32,000 nt of DNA from Hansschlegelia plantiphila (lineage in GTDB: Bacteria > Pseudomonadota > Alphaproteobacteria > Rhizobiales > Methylopilaceae). The position numbers and the translations under genes were made by a program. The stretch is from positions 290,979-322,978 of the forward strand of contig NZ_BSFI01000007.1 of NCBI RefSeq assembly GCF_027922265.1. The letters are read 5' to 3'. The notes below the pieces were generated by a model. It was not told the DNA's origin. It saw only the letters and a program-made list of their open reading frames with translations, and made no database searches. Shown piece after piece: positions 15,549-24,629 of this stretch (its first letter is position 1; each line of letters begins with the position of its first letter).

Positions 15549-15733
15549 TGGGCTTCGGCCTCGGCGTGCTGCGGCTCGCCCCGGACGCGTTCTGGCGCAT
15601 GACGCCGCGCGAGATCGCCGCCGCGGCGAGCGGGCTTCACGGCGGCGGCGGCGGCCGCAGCGGCGCGCTGAAACGCGCCGACTTCGAGCGCCTGATGGCG
15701 CGCTTCCCCGACCGGGAGACGGACGATGGCTGA
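15548..15733 (+). CDS. GTA g10.1: rcc01693-family tail assembly protein
   Basis: 61 aa. LRL.PD.FWRMTPREI......G.......L.R.D.E.LM..FPD is the typical pattern. The ATG overlaps the g10 stop (cTGATGg). Confidence 0.75.
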   Translation: MGFGLGVLRLAPDAFWRMTPREIAAAASGLHGGGGGRSGALKRADFERLMARFPDRETDDG

Positions 15734-16268
15734 GGGCGACCCCATCAGGATCAGCGTGGACACGGCGGTCTTCCGCCGCGAGCTGACCGAGGCCGAGCGT
15801 CTGTCGCGCGGCTTCGGGCGGGCGCTCGGCGACGCGCTCGAAGGCGGCGTCGTCAAGGGCCGCTCGCTGACCGACGTGCTGCGGAGCCTCGGGACCCGGC
15901 TGTCGTCGCTCGCGCTGTCGGCGGCGCTGAAGCCGGTCGAGACCGCGCTCGGCGGCCTGTTCGGAAGCCTGAGCAAGGGGCTGCTCGGCGGCGTCACGCC
16001 GTTCGCCAAGGGCGGGGTGCTCGGCGCGCCCGCCGTTCTCTCCTCGGGAGGCGCCGGGCTCGCGCTCGCGGGCGAAGCCGGCCCCGAGGCCGTGCTGCCG
16101 CTGTCGCGCGGCGCCGACGGCAGGCTCGGCGTGGCGTCGTCGGGCGGGGCGCATGCGCCAGTGACCATCAACATCGCGACATCAGACGTCGAGAGCTTCC
16201 GGCGCTCGGAGGCGCAGGTCTCCGCAGCCCTCGCCCGCGCGGTGGCGCGGGGGAGGCGCGGCCTGTGA
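15726..16268 (+). CDS. GTA g11: short tail tape measure protein
   Basis: 180 aa, Gly/Ala/Leu-rich helical protein (LSSLALSAALKPVETALGGLFGSL..GLLGGVTPFAKGGV) ending ...FRRSEAQV.A.LARAV.RG.R.L. Overlaps g10.1 and g12. Confidence 0.75.
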   Translation: MAEGDPIRISVDTAVFRRELTEAERLSRGFGRALGDALEGGVVKGRSLTDVLRSLGTRLSSLALSAALKPVETALGGLFGSLSKGLLGGVTPFAKGGVLGAPAVLSSGGAGLALAGEAGPEAVLPLSRGADGRLGVASSGGAHAPVTINIATSDVESFRRSEAQVSAALARAVARGRRGL

Positions 16269-16894
16269 CCCCGTTCCACGACGTGCGCTTCCCGACAGAC
16301 ATCGCGCGCGGGGCGCGCGGCGGGCCGGAGCGACGCACGGAGATCGCGACGCTCGGCTCCGGCTTCGAGGAGCGCAACGCGGTGTGGGCGCATTCGCGCC
16401 GGAGGTGGGACGCGGGGCTCGGCGTCCGGACGCTCGCGCAGCTCTCAGCCGTCGTCGCCTTCTTCGAGGAGCGGCGGGGACGGCTGGTCGGGTTCCGCTT
16501 CCGCGATCCGCTCGACCACGCCTCCGCGGCGCCGGGCGCGGCGATCACGGCGGCGGACCAGACGCTCGGGACGGGCGACGGCGAGACCGTGCGGTTTCCG
16601 CTGACGAAGACCTATGGAGGGGCGTTCGAGCCCTATCGCAGGCCGATCCGCAAGCCCGTCGCAGGGACGGTGCGGGTTGCGGTCGCGGGCGTCGAGACCA
16701 CGGCGTTCGCTCTGGACGCGGGCGACGGCGCGATCGTGTTCGACGCAGCCCCGCCCGTAGGCGCGCCCGTGACGGCGGGCTTCGCCTTCGACGTGCCGGT
16801 GCGGTTCGACGCCGACCGGCTGGAGATCGACCTCGCGGCCTTCGAGGCGGGCTCGGTCCCCTCGATCCCGCTGGTCGAGATCAGGCTGGGGTGA
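16265..16894 (+). CDS. GTA g12: distal tail protein (DUF2460 / TIGR02217-like)
   Basis: The GTG start overlaps the g11 stop. FHDVRFP.DIARGA.GGPERRTEI..LGSG.EERN..W..SRRRWDAG.GVR....L..V..FFEERRGRL.GFRF.D is the hallmark N-terminus of this family. Confidence 0.85.
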   Translation: MTPFHDVRFPTDIARGARGGPERRTEIATLGSGFEERNAVWAHSRRRWDAGLGVRTLAQLSAVVAFFEERRGRLVGFRFRDPLDHASAAPGAAITAADQTLGTGDGETVRFPLTKTYGGAFEPYRRPIRKPVAGTVRVAVAGVETTAFALDAGDGAIVFDAAPPVGAPVTAGFAFDVPVRFDADRLEIDLAAFEAGSVPSIPLVEIRLG

Positions 16895-16904
16895 GGACGG
16901 GCTG

Positions 16905-17777
16905 ATGCGCGACATTCCGCTCCCCATGGCCGTGGCGCTGGCGTCCCGCGTCACCACCTTCGCGCGCTGCTGGCGGCTGACGCGGCGGGACGGCGCGACG
17001 CTCGGCTTCACCGACCATGACGACGACGTCGCCTTCGACGGCGTGACCTATCGCGCGGCGACCGGCATGACGGCCTCCGCCGCGGAAAGCGCGCTCGGCC
17101 TCGCGGTCAGCGGGCTCGACGTGGTCGGCGCCCTCGACGATTCCGGGCTCACCGAGGCCGATCTCGCCCGCGGCGCCTATGACGGGGCGGCGGTCGCGCT
17201 GTTCCTGGTGGACTGGGAGGCGCCTGCGAACCGCCTGCTGCTGTTCGCAGGCGCGCTGGGCGAGGTCGCGCGCGAGAGCGCGGCGTTCTCCGCCGAGCTT
17301 CGCAGCCTCACCCACGCGCTCGCGCAGCCGAGAGGCCGCGCCTACCAGCGCGCCTGCGACGCCGACCTCGGCGACGCCCGCTGCGGGATCGATCTCACCG
17401 CGCCAGAACGCCGGGCGGAGGGGACGGTCGATGGGGCGAACGGCGCGCGAGGGTTCTCGTCCTCCGTGCTCGCCGGGCGCGGTTCGGTCTTCACGCGAGG
17501 GCGCCTCATATGGACCAGCGGCGCGAACGCCGGCGCGTCCGGAGAGGTGCGCCGGCATCTCGACGCCAGCGCCGAGCTCGCCGAGGCGCCGGCGATGCCG
17601 ATCGCGGCCGGAGACGGCTTCGTGGTGACGGAGGGGTGCGACAAGTCCTTCGCCACCTGTCGAGACCGCTTCGCCAACCGCCTGAATTTCCGCGGCTTTC
17701 CGCAGATGCCAGGAAACGACTGGCTGGCCCGCGCGGCGAAGGCCGGCGGCGACAATGACGGGGGCCGCCTTGGTTAA
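16905..17777 (+). CDS. GTA g13: baseplate hub protein (DUF2163 plus BR0599-like C-terminal domain)
   Basis: TTFARCWRLTRRDG..LGFTDHD.D..FDG.TY.A..G... and C-terminal CDK.F.TCRDRF.N..NFRGFP.MPG.D are typical of the family. Confidence 0.85.
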   Translation: MRDIPLPMAVALASRVTTFARCWRLTRRDGATLGFTDHDDDVAFDGVTYRAATGMTASAAESALGLAVSGLDVVGALDDSGLTEADLARGAYDGAAVALFLVDWEAPANRLLLFAGALGEVARESAAFSAELRSLTHALAQPRGRAYQRACDADLGDARCGIDLTAPERRAEGTVDGANGARGFSSSVLAGRGSVFTRGRLIWTSGANAGASGEVRRHLDASAELAEAPAMPIAAGDGFVVTEGCDKSFATCRDRFANRLNFRGFPQMPGNDWLARAAKAGGDNDGGRLG

Positions 17778-18234
17778 CGCTTCGTGTGAGGATCGCCCTC
17801 CAACGCTCGCCCCCGCCACGGTGGTCGCGGCGGCGCGGGGCTGGATCGGCACGCCCTACCGCCACCAGGCGAGCCTGCGCGGCGTGGGCGCCGACTGCCT
17901 CGGCGTGATCCGCGGCGTGTGGCGCGAACTGCTCGGCCCCGAACCCGAACCGCTTCCGCCCTACGCCCGATCCTGGGCGGAGGACGGCGACGCCGAACTG
18001 ATGCTCGACGCCGCGCGGCGGTGGCTGGTCCCGGCGCCGGATGGCGCAATGGAGGCCGGCGACGTGCTGCTGTTCCGCGTCGCCCGCGGCGGCCGCGTGA
18101 AGCACGCCGGAATCGCGACGGGGCCGGCCGCGATGGTCCACGCCTATGACGGACACGCGGTCGCGGAGACCGCGATCCCGGAGGCCTGGCTGCGCCGGCT
18201 GGCGGCGCGGTTCAGGTTTCCCGCCGCCCAATAG
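17755..18234 (+). CDS. GTA g14: NlpC/P60-family peptidoglycan peptidase
   Basis: AARGWIGTPYRHQASLRGVGADCLGVIRGVWREL (catalytic Cys context) and GD.LLFR......KH.GI are present. The 5' end overlaps g13 by 23 nt. Confidence 0.85.
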   Translation: MTGAALVNASCEDRPPTLAPATVVAAARGWIGTPYRHQASLRGVGADCLGVIRGVWRELLGPEPEPLPPYARSWAEDGDAELMLDAARRWLVPAPDGAMEAGDVLLFRVARGGRVKHAGIATGPAAMVHAYDGHAVAETAIPEAWLRRLAARFRFPAAQ

Positions 18235-18289
18235 GTCGCCGCCCGCATCGACGCCGCATCGATCTTCCCGCTGACCGAGGCTTGTCCCC

Positions 18290-21200
18290 ATGGCCGTTCT
18301 CGCCCTCACAGCCGTCGGCGCCGCGGTGGGCGGGGCGATCCTGCCGGGCGGGATCGGGCTGTTCGGCGCGACGCTTTCGGGAGCGGCCCTCGGCGGCGCG
18401 CTCGGCGGGCTGGCGGGCGCCGCGATCGACCAGTCGCTGCTGACGCCGACCCAGAAGCAGACCGGCCCGCGCCTCACCGACATCCGCATCACCGCCTCGA
18501 CCGAGGGGGCGCCCGTGATGCGCGTCTACGGCCGGATGCGGGTCGGCGGCCAGGTGATCTGGGCGAGCCGGTTCCGCGAGACCAAGTCGACCGAGGCGAG
18601 CGGCGGCAAGGGCGGCGGGCCGAAGGTCAAGTCCACGACCTACGCCTATTCCGCGAGCTTCGCGGTCGGGCTCTGCGAGGGCCCGATAGACGCCATCGGC
18701 CGCGTCTGGGCGGACGGCGAGCCGATCGCCAGGGGCGACTACGAGATCCGCCTCTATCGGGGGACGGAGGACCAGCTTCCCGATCCCAAGATCGTCGCCG
18801 TCGAGGGCGAGGACTATGCGCCGGCCTATCGCGGCCTCGCCTATCTCGTCTTCGAGGAGCTGCCGCTCGAGCCCTTCGGCAACCGCGTGCCGCAGATCAC
18901 GGTCGAGGTGATCCGCCGGCCGCCCTCGGCGAAGCCGCAGCTCGAGGACCTCGTCTCCGGCGTCACGCTGATCCCCGGCTCCTCGGAGTTCGCCTATGCG
19001 ACCGACGTGATCGAGCGCAACGCCGGCTTCGGCGCCTGGGAGGCGGAGAACGCCCACGTCGCCGACGGTCGCGCCGACATGCTGACGGCGCTCGACGACC
19101 TCGCGGCGCTTGCGCCGAACGCCGCCCACGTTTCGCTGGTGATCGCCTGGCACGGGACGGATCTCCGCGCCGGCCACTGCGAGATCGTCCCGAAGGTCGA
19201 GACCGACGACAAGAAGACCCGGCCGTGGATCTGGCGCGTCGCAGGGCAGAACCGAACGCAGGTTCCGCTCGTCAGCCGGATCGACGGCGCCCCCGCGCTC
19301 GGCGGCGCGCCGGCGGATCGCGCGGTCCATCAGGCGATTGCGGAGCTCAAGGCCCGCGGGCTGAAGGTGATGCTGAACCCGTTCATCCTCATGGATGTTC
19401 CGGCCGGGAACGCGCTGCCCGATCCCCATGGCGGGGCGGAGCAGGCGGCCTATCCCTGGCGGGGCCGCATCACCTGCCACCCCGCGCCGGGGCGTCCCGG
19501 ATCGCTAGACAGGACGGCTGCGGCCGCGGCTGACATCGACGCCTTCTTCGGCTTCGCGGCGCCGGGGGACTTCGGCTGGAACGAGACCAGCCGCAGCGTC
19601 TCCTATGAGGGCCCGCAGGAGTGGTCCTACCGCCGCTTCGTGCTGCACATGGCGCGCGTCGCGCAGGCGGCCGGCGGCGTCGACGCGTTCCTGATCGGCT
19701 CGGAGATGGTCGGCCTGACGCGGCTGCGCGACGCGACGGGGAGCTACCCGGCGGTCGCCAGGCTCCGGGAGCTTGCGGCCGACGTGCGCGCCATGCTCGG
19801 GCCGGAGGCGCGGATCGGCTATGCGGCGGACTGGAGCGAATACTCAAACCACCGGCCGGACGACGGCTCGGGCGACGTGATCTTCCACCTCGACCCGCTC
19901 TGGGCCGACGACAACATCGATTTCGTCGGGATCGACAACTACGTCCCGCTCGCCGACTGGCGCGACGGGCCGGGCCATCTCGACGCCGCGGCCGGTTTCC
20001 GGGGACCGCACGACGTCGCCTATCTCGACGCCAACATCGAGGGCGGCGAGGGGTTCGACTGGTTCTATGCGGACGCGGCCGCCCGCGAGGCGCAGATCCG
20101 CACGCCGATCGTCGACACCGCGCATGGCGAGCACTGGGCGTTCCGTTTCAAGGACTTCCGGTCGTGGTGGGAGAACCCGCACCACGATTGGCCGGGCGGC
20201 GCCCGGCTCCCGACGCCCACAGCATGGGTCCCGCAGTCCAAGCCCATCGTGTTCTGCGAGCTCGGCTGCCCCGCGGTCGACAAGGGCGCGAACCAGCCGA
20301 ACGTGTTCGTCGACCCGAAATCGGCGGAGTCCGCCGTTCCCTACTTCTCGAACGGGCGGCGGGACGATCTCGTCCAGCGCGCGGCGCTGGTCGCGCAGAT
20401 CTCGCATTGGAGCGCCGCCGGGAACAACCCGCTCTCCGCCCTGACCGGCGAGCGGATGATCGACGTCTCGCGCATCTTCCTCTGGACCTGGGACGCCCGT
20501 CCGCATGCGGCGTTCCCGCTGCGCAGCGACGTCTGGACGGACTCCGCGAACTGGCGGCTCGGCCACTGGCTGACCGGGCGGCTGGGGCTCGCCGCGCTTG
20601 CCGACGTCGTCGCCGACATCGCCGGCGAGCTGGGCGTCGACCTCGACCTCGACGACCTCGAGGGGCTGGTGCGCGGCTACGCGCCGGACCGGGTGATGAG
20701 CGCGCGCGAGGCGATCGAGCCGCTGCTCGACGCCTATGGCGCGACGGCGCGGGCGAGCGGGGCGACACTTCGCGTCTCCAACCGGCCGGAGACGCCGGTG
20801 GCTGAGCTGGCGCCGGAGGATCTCGCCGATCTCGGCGAGAAGACGCCGGCCTTCCGGCTGACTCGCGCGCAGGCCTCCGAAGTGCCGCAGACGCTGCAGC
20901 TTCGCCACGTCGACCCCGACGCTGACTACCGTCAGGGCGCGGTCGAGGCGCGTCGGCTGGCGGGCGAGGGCAGGGCGGTCGCGGAAGCGTCCTTCGCGCT
21001 GGCGCTTGGCGTCGACGAGGCGCAGGCGCTCGCCGACGGCATGCTGATCGAGGCGTCCGTCGCGCGCGAGCGGGGCGAATGGGCGCTGCCTCCGAGCAGG
21101 CTCGCCCTCGAGCCCGGCGACCTCGTGACGTTCTCCGCGCACGGCCGCACGCTGCTGATGCGGCTCGACCAGGTCGGCGAGGAGTTTGCGCGCCCGGTGA

Positions 21201-22219
21201 AGGCGACCCGCGCCGACCCGGACGTGCGCGACGTCGAACTGGTCGTGATCGACCGCCGTCCGCCGCCGGACCCGGCGCGCGCCGTGGCGCCCGTCTTCGA
21301 GGTTCTGGACCTGCCGCTGCTCGCAGGCGACGAGCCGCCTCATGCGCCGCGGCTCGCAGCCTACGCGAAACCCTGGACGCCGGCGGCCGTCTACCGCTCG
21401 GAGGAGGGCGGGACTTTCGCGCTGGACCAGACGCTGCCGTCGCCCGCCGCCATCGGCCGGCTGACCGCGCCGCTCGGGCTCCACGCCAGCGGCCGCTTCG
21501 ACCGGGCGAACGCGATCGAGGTCGAGATCGGGCCGGACCGCACGCTCGAGAGCCGCAGCGAGAGCGCGGTGCTCGGCGGCGCCAACGTCTGCGCCGTGCG
21601 CGGAACGTCGGGCGCGTGGGAGGTGGTCCAGTTCCTCGACGCCGAGCTCGTCGGGCCGGGCCGCTGGCGGCTGACGGGCCTGCTGCGCGGCCAGGCCGGC
21701 ACGGAGGATGCGATCGGCGCGGATGTGGACGCCGCCTTCGTGCTGATCGACGACCGCACGCCGTCCGCGACCCTGCTCGCCTCGACGCGAGGCCTCGACA
21801 TCGTCTGGCGGGCCGGACCTGCGACCCGGCCGCGCGACGACGAGACCTATGTCGAGACCACGGCGGAAGTCGGCGCGCGCGGGTTGAGGCCTTATGCGCC
21901 CGTCCACTTGTCGGCGCGGCGCGACCCGCTGACCGGAGACGTCCCGCTGGGCTGGGTCCGCCGGACCCGGCTCGGCGGCGACGACTTCGAGATCCGCGAC
22001 GTCCGGCTGGGCGAAGACAGCGAGGCCTACGAGGTCGCGGTGCTGGCGGATGGACAGGTCGTGCGGACGTTCGAGGCGTCGGCGCCGCATATTGTGTACC
22101 TGCACGCGCAACAGATCGCGGATTTCGGCCTGGAGCCGGCGACGATCGCCTTCACCGTCCGGCAGCTCTCCGCCTCGGTCGGGCCGGGCCTGCCGGCCGG
22201 CGCCGAGATCGCCGTGTAG
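18290..22219 (+). CDS. GTA g15: host-specificity / central tail fibre protein (GTA TIM-barrel-like domain plus phage-tail domains)
   Basis: 1309 aa. Gly/Ala-rich N-terminus, then TGPRL.D..ITASTEGAP...VYGR.R.GGQ.IWA, YRG.AY.VFE.L.L..FGNR.PQ...EV, GYAADWSEY and F.GIDNY.PL.DWRD. Follows g14, as in RcGTA. Confidence 0.9.
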   Translation: MAVLALTAVGAAVGGAILPGGIGLFGATLSGAALGGALGGLAGAAIDQSLLTPTQKQTGPRLTDIRITASTEGAPVMRVYGRMRVGGQVIWASRFRETKSTEASGGKGGGPKVKSTTYAYSASFAVGLCEGPIDAIGRVWADGEPIARGDYEIRLYRGTEDQLPDPKIVAVEGEDYAPAYRGLAYLVFEELPLEPFGNRVPQITVEVIRRPPSAKPQLEDLVSGVTLIPGSSEFAYATDVIERNAGFGAWEAENAHVADGRADMLTALDDLAALAPNAAHVSLVIAWHGTDLRAGHCEIVPKVETDDKKTRPWIWRVAGQNRTQVPLVSRIDGAPALGGAPADRAVHQAIAELKARGLKVMLNPFILMDVPAGNALPDPHGGAEQAAYPWRGRITCHPAPGRPGSLDRTAAAAADIDAFFGFAAPGDFGWNETSRSVSYEGPQEWSYRRFVLHMARVAQAAGGVDAFLIGSEMVGLTRLRDATGSYPAVARLRELAADVRAMLGPEARIGYAADWSEYSNHRPDDGSGDVIFHLDPLWADDNIDFVGIDNYVPLADWRDGPGHLDAAAGFRGPHDVAYLDANIEGGEGFDWFYADAAAREAQIRTPIVDTAHGEHWAFRFKDFRSWWENPHHDWPGGARLPTPTAWVPQSKPIVFCELGCPAVDKGANQPNVFVDPKSAESAVPYFSNGRRDDLVQRAALVAQISHWSAAGNNPLSALTGERMIDVSRIFLWTWDARPHAAFPLRSDVWTDSANWRLGHWLTGRLGLAALADVVADIAGELGVDLDLDDLEGLVRGYAPDRVMSAREAIEPLLDAYGATARASGATLRVSNRPETPVAELAPEDLADLGEKTPAFRLTRAQASEVPQTLQLRHVDPDADYRQGAVEARRLAGEGRAVAEASFALALGVDEAQALADGMLIEASVARERGEWALPPSRLALEPGDLVTFSAHGRTLLMRLDQVGEEFARPVKATRADPDVRDVELVVIDRRPPPDPARAVAPVFEVLDLPLLAGDEPPHAPRLAAYAKPWTPAAVYRSEEGGTFALDQTLPSPAAIGRLTAPLGLHASGRFDRANAIEVEIGPDRTLESRSESAVLGGANVCAVRGTSGAWEVVQFLDAELVGPGRWRLTGLLRGQAGTEDAIGADVDAAFVLIDDRTPSATLLASTRGLDIVWRAGPATRPRDDETYVETTAEVGARGLRPYAPVHLSARRDPLTGDVPLGWVRRTRLGGDDFEIRDVRLGEDSEAYEVAVLADGQVVRTFEASAPHIVYLHAQQIADFGLEPATIAFTVRQLSASVGPGLPAGAEIAV

Positions 22220-22241
22220 GGCGCAAGACCCTTCACCCGAT

Positions 22242-22348
22242 GTCCCGGCCTTGAGCTGGAACCCAGAACCGTGATCCGCGCGCGGACCGCGGGCTGCGCC
22301 TTGTCCTGCGTCGTCCGTGCGCCCGGGTCCCGGCTCAAAGGCCGGGAC
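22242..22348. repeat. Possible third palindromic intergenic element: gtcccggccttgagc ... gctcaaaggccgggac, including the local hairpin gtcccggc-tcaaag-gccgggac at 22327-22348
   Basis: Long-range inverted repeat 22242-22256 / 22333-22348, with the GC palindrome ccgcgcgcgg in between. Only one copy is visible in this window. Confidence 0.4.
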
Positions 22349-22390
22349 AGGCGCGCGCTTCCCCAAGTCTCGATACGCCTGGAGCATCCC

Positions 22391-23872
22391 ATGAGCGCGA
22401 GCCCGCATCTCGGCCTCAGCTATCTCGCGCCGGCGCAGAAGCATGTGACGGTCAACGAGAGCTTCCGGCGGCTGGACGCCCTCGTGCAGCTCGGCGTGCT
22501 GGACCGCACGCTGACCGCCCCGCCCGCGACGCCCGCGGAGGGCGACCGCCACATCGTGGCGCCGGGCGCCGCCGGCGCCTGGAGCGGCCATGACGGCGAA
22601 CTCGCAGCCTTCCTCGACGGCGTCTGGGTCTTCGTCGAGCCGAAGCCTGGTTGGCTCGCCTATGTCGCGGCCGAGGGCGCGCTGTTGGTCTTCCTCGGCG
22701 GCGCCTGGGTCGGCGCGATGGCCGCGCTCGCCTCGCTCGACGAGCTGACGCGCCTCGGCGTCGCGACGACGGCGGACGACGTCAACCGGCTGGCGGTCTC
22801 GTCCGCGGCCGCGCTGTTCACCCATGCCGGGGCCGGCGTGCAGGTGAAGCTCAACAAGGCGACGCCGACCGACACCGCAAGTTTGCTGTTCCAGGACGGC
22901 TATTCCGGCCGCGCGGAGTTCGGGCTCGCGGGCTCTGACGGCGTCAGCCTCAAGGTCTCGGCCGACGGCGCGAGCTGGACGACGGCGCTCAGCGTCGACC
23001 CGTCGTCGGGCGCGGTCGACCTGCCGCAGTCGCCGACGTTGCTGGTCGAGAAGTTCACCGCGTCCGGAACATGGACGAAGCCCGCCTGGGCGACCCGGGT
23101 GCGGGTCATTCTCATTGGGGGCGGCGCGGGCGGCGGCTCCGGTGCCTTGCGCGCCGCCGGCGTCGCGGTTTCCGGCGGGGCCGGCGGCGCGCCCGGGCAA
23201 ACGGTTGATCACGAGTTCGAGGCGGGCGCGCTCAGCGCGACCGTCGCCGTGACCGTCGGCGCCGGCGGGGCGGGCGGCGCGGCGCAGTCCACGGCGAGCT
23301 CCGATGGGCTTCCGGGCGCGCTTGGCGGCGACACCGCGTTCGGAGGCTACGTGAAGGCGGTCCAGATGGCCGGCGGCTTCGGCGCGGGCGGGTCGACCGC
23401 GACGGTCGCCGGAGGAACCCACGCCGGCTATCGCGACATGCCGCCGACGACGACCGCCTCGGGCGGTTCGGGCGCTACGGGCGCGGGCGGCGCCGGGCAG
23501 AACGGATATGGCCGGGCCTCGGGACCGGCGGGCGGCGGAGGCGGGCTGACCGCCGCCAACGCCGAAGGCGCCGGCGGCCCGTCGGGCTCGGCGTTCAACA
23601 GCGTCGGAGCTCCCCAGGCCGCGGATGGCGGGCTGACCCCGGGCGGTCCCGGAGCTGCGGGCGCGCCGTACGCCGGGATCGCCGAGGCGCTGCTCGAAGG
23701 CTGCTGCGGCGGCGGCGGGGCGGCCGGGAACGCGGTCAACGGCGGCGCGGGCGGCGCGGGCGCGGCCCCCGGCGGCGCAGGCGGCGGCGGCGGCGCGAGC
23801 CGCAACGGCCGTTCGTCCGGCAAGGGCGGCGACGGCGCGCGCGGCGAAGCCTGGATCATCTCGATGCGCTGA
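22391..23872 (+). CDS. DUF2793-like N-terminal domain protein with a long Gly/Ala-rich C-terminal domain; candidate GTA fibre / receptor-binding protein
   Basis: GGAG RBS 6 nt upstream of ATG 22391. N-terminus PHLGLSYLAPAQKHVTVNESFRRLDALVQ...GDRHIV...W.GHDGELAAF.DG.W.F..P..GW matches the DUF2793 pattern as I recall it. From about aa 235 the protein has repeated GGAGG/GGxGG tracts ending GGDGARGEAWIISMR. Confidence 0.7.
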   Translation: MSASPHLGLSYLAPAQKHVTVNESFRRLDALVQLGVLDRTLTAPPATPAEGDRHIVAPGAAGAWSGHDGELAAFLDGVWVFVEPKPGWLAYVAAEGALLVFLGGAWVGAMAALASLDELTRLGVATTADDVNRLAVSSAAALFTHAGAGVQVKLNKATPTDTASLLFQDGYSGRAEFGLAGSDGVSLKVSADGASWTTALSVDPSSGAVDLPQSPTLLVEKFTASGTWTKPAWATRVRVILIGGGAGGGSGALRAAGVAVSGGAGGAPGQTVDHEFEAGALSATVAVTVGAGGAGGAAQSTASSDGLPGALGGDTAFGGYVKAVQMAGGFGAGGSTATVAGGTHAGYRDMPPTTTASGGSGATGAGGAGQNGYGRASGPAGGGGGLTAANAEGAGGPSGSAFNSVGAPQAADGGLTPGGPGAAGAPYAGIAEALLEGCCGGGGAAGNAVNGGAGGAGAAPGGAGGGGGASRNGRSSGKGGDGARGEAWIISMR

Positions 23873-23923
23873 GGCAGCGGGCCCGCACGGGCGCGGCCAT
23901 TTTCGAACATCCGGAGACATCCC

Positions 23924-24616
23924 ATGAACGTGCTGGACATCCAGCGGCGGCTGCTCGCGCTCGGGCATAATCCGGGCCCGCTCGACGGCGTCTGGGGACG
24001 CCGCACGCGGCTCGCCGTCGTCGCCTTCCAGAAATCGGTCGGCCTTGACGCCGACGGCGTCGTCGGGCCCCTGACGACGGCCGCGCTGCTCGACCGGCCG
24101 GGAACGGCCAAGGCTACGGCCGTCCCCGTGGCTCCGCCCTGGCTTTCCGAAGCGCGCCGCTTCATGGGGCTGAAGGAAATCGCGGGGCCGGCCTCCAACC
24201 CGCAGATCCTCGAATGGGGACGGCGGGTGGCGGAGTGGTACGTCAACGACGACGTCCCGTGGTGCGGTGTGTTCGTCCACGCGATGATCGCCGCGGCGCT
24301 GCCCGAAGAGACGCTGATCGCGAACCCCTGCTACGCGCGCGGCTGGGCGAGGTTCGGCGTCGCGCTGGCGGCGCCGGCGGCCGGCGCGATCCTCGTGTTC
24401 GAGCGCGGGCCGAACGCCGGCCATGTCGGCTTCTACGTCGGCGAGGATTCCGGCCGGTTCCGCGTGCTCGGCGGCAACCAGTCCAACAGCGTGTCCGAAG
24501 CCTGGGTCGCCAAGGCCAGGCTCCTCGCCATCCGATGGCCGAAGACCGCGCCCCGCCCGTCCACCGGCGCGGTCGCCGTCTCCGCCGCCGGCTCCGTCTC
24601 CACCAACGAAGCTTGA
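23924..24616 (+). CDS. Peptidoglycan-binding domain (PG_binding_1) plus TIGR02594-like (CHAP/NlpC-like) cell-wall hydrolase; putative endolysin
   Basis: IQRRLLALGHNPGPLDGVWGRRTRLAVVAFQKSVGLDADGVVGPLT is a PG-binding repeat. PWLSEARRFMGLKEIAG.ASNPQILEW, WCG.FV and GHVGFYVGED..RFRVLGGNQSN.V are the TIGR02594 pattern. GGAGA RBS. Confidence 0.8.
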   Translation: MNVLDIQRRLLALGHNPGPLDGVWGRRTRLAVVAFQKSVGLDADGVVGPLTTAALLDRPGTAKATAVPVAPPWLSEARRFMGLKEIAGPASNPQILEWGRRVAEWYVNDDVPWCGVFVHAMIAAALPEETLIANPCYARGWARFGVALAAPAAGAILVFERGPNAGHVGFYVGEDSGRFRVLGGNQSNSVSEAWVAKARLLAIRWPKTAPRPSTGAVAVSAAGSVSTNEA

Positions 24617-24629
24617 GGTCTCGTTCGCC

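Noticed and set aside
14456-18492. Minus-strand ORFs 14456..16393, 16881..17852 and 17506..18492 opposite the tail genes
   Set aside because: They are antisense to g9-g14, span multiple gene junctions and repeat elements, and show no motifs.
23873-23923. Possible terminator after the DUF2793 gene (gcgggcccgc palindrome followed by cattttc)
   Set aside because: I could only form very short or tight stems (5 bp with a 2-nt loop), and the T-run is only four T interrupted by other bases. This is not convincing as an intrinsic terminator.
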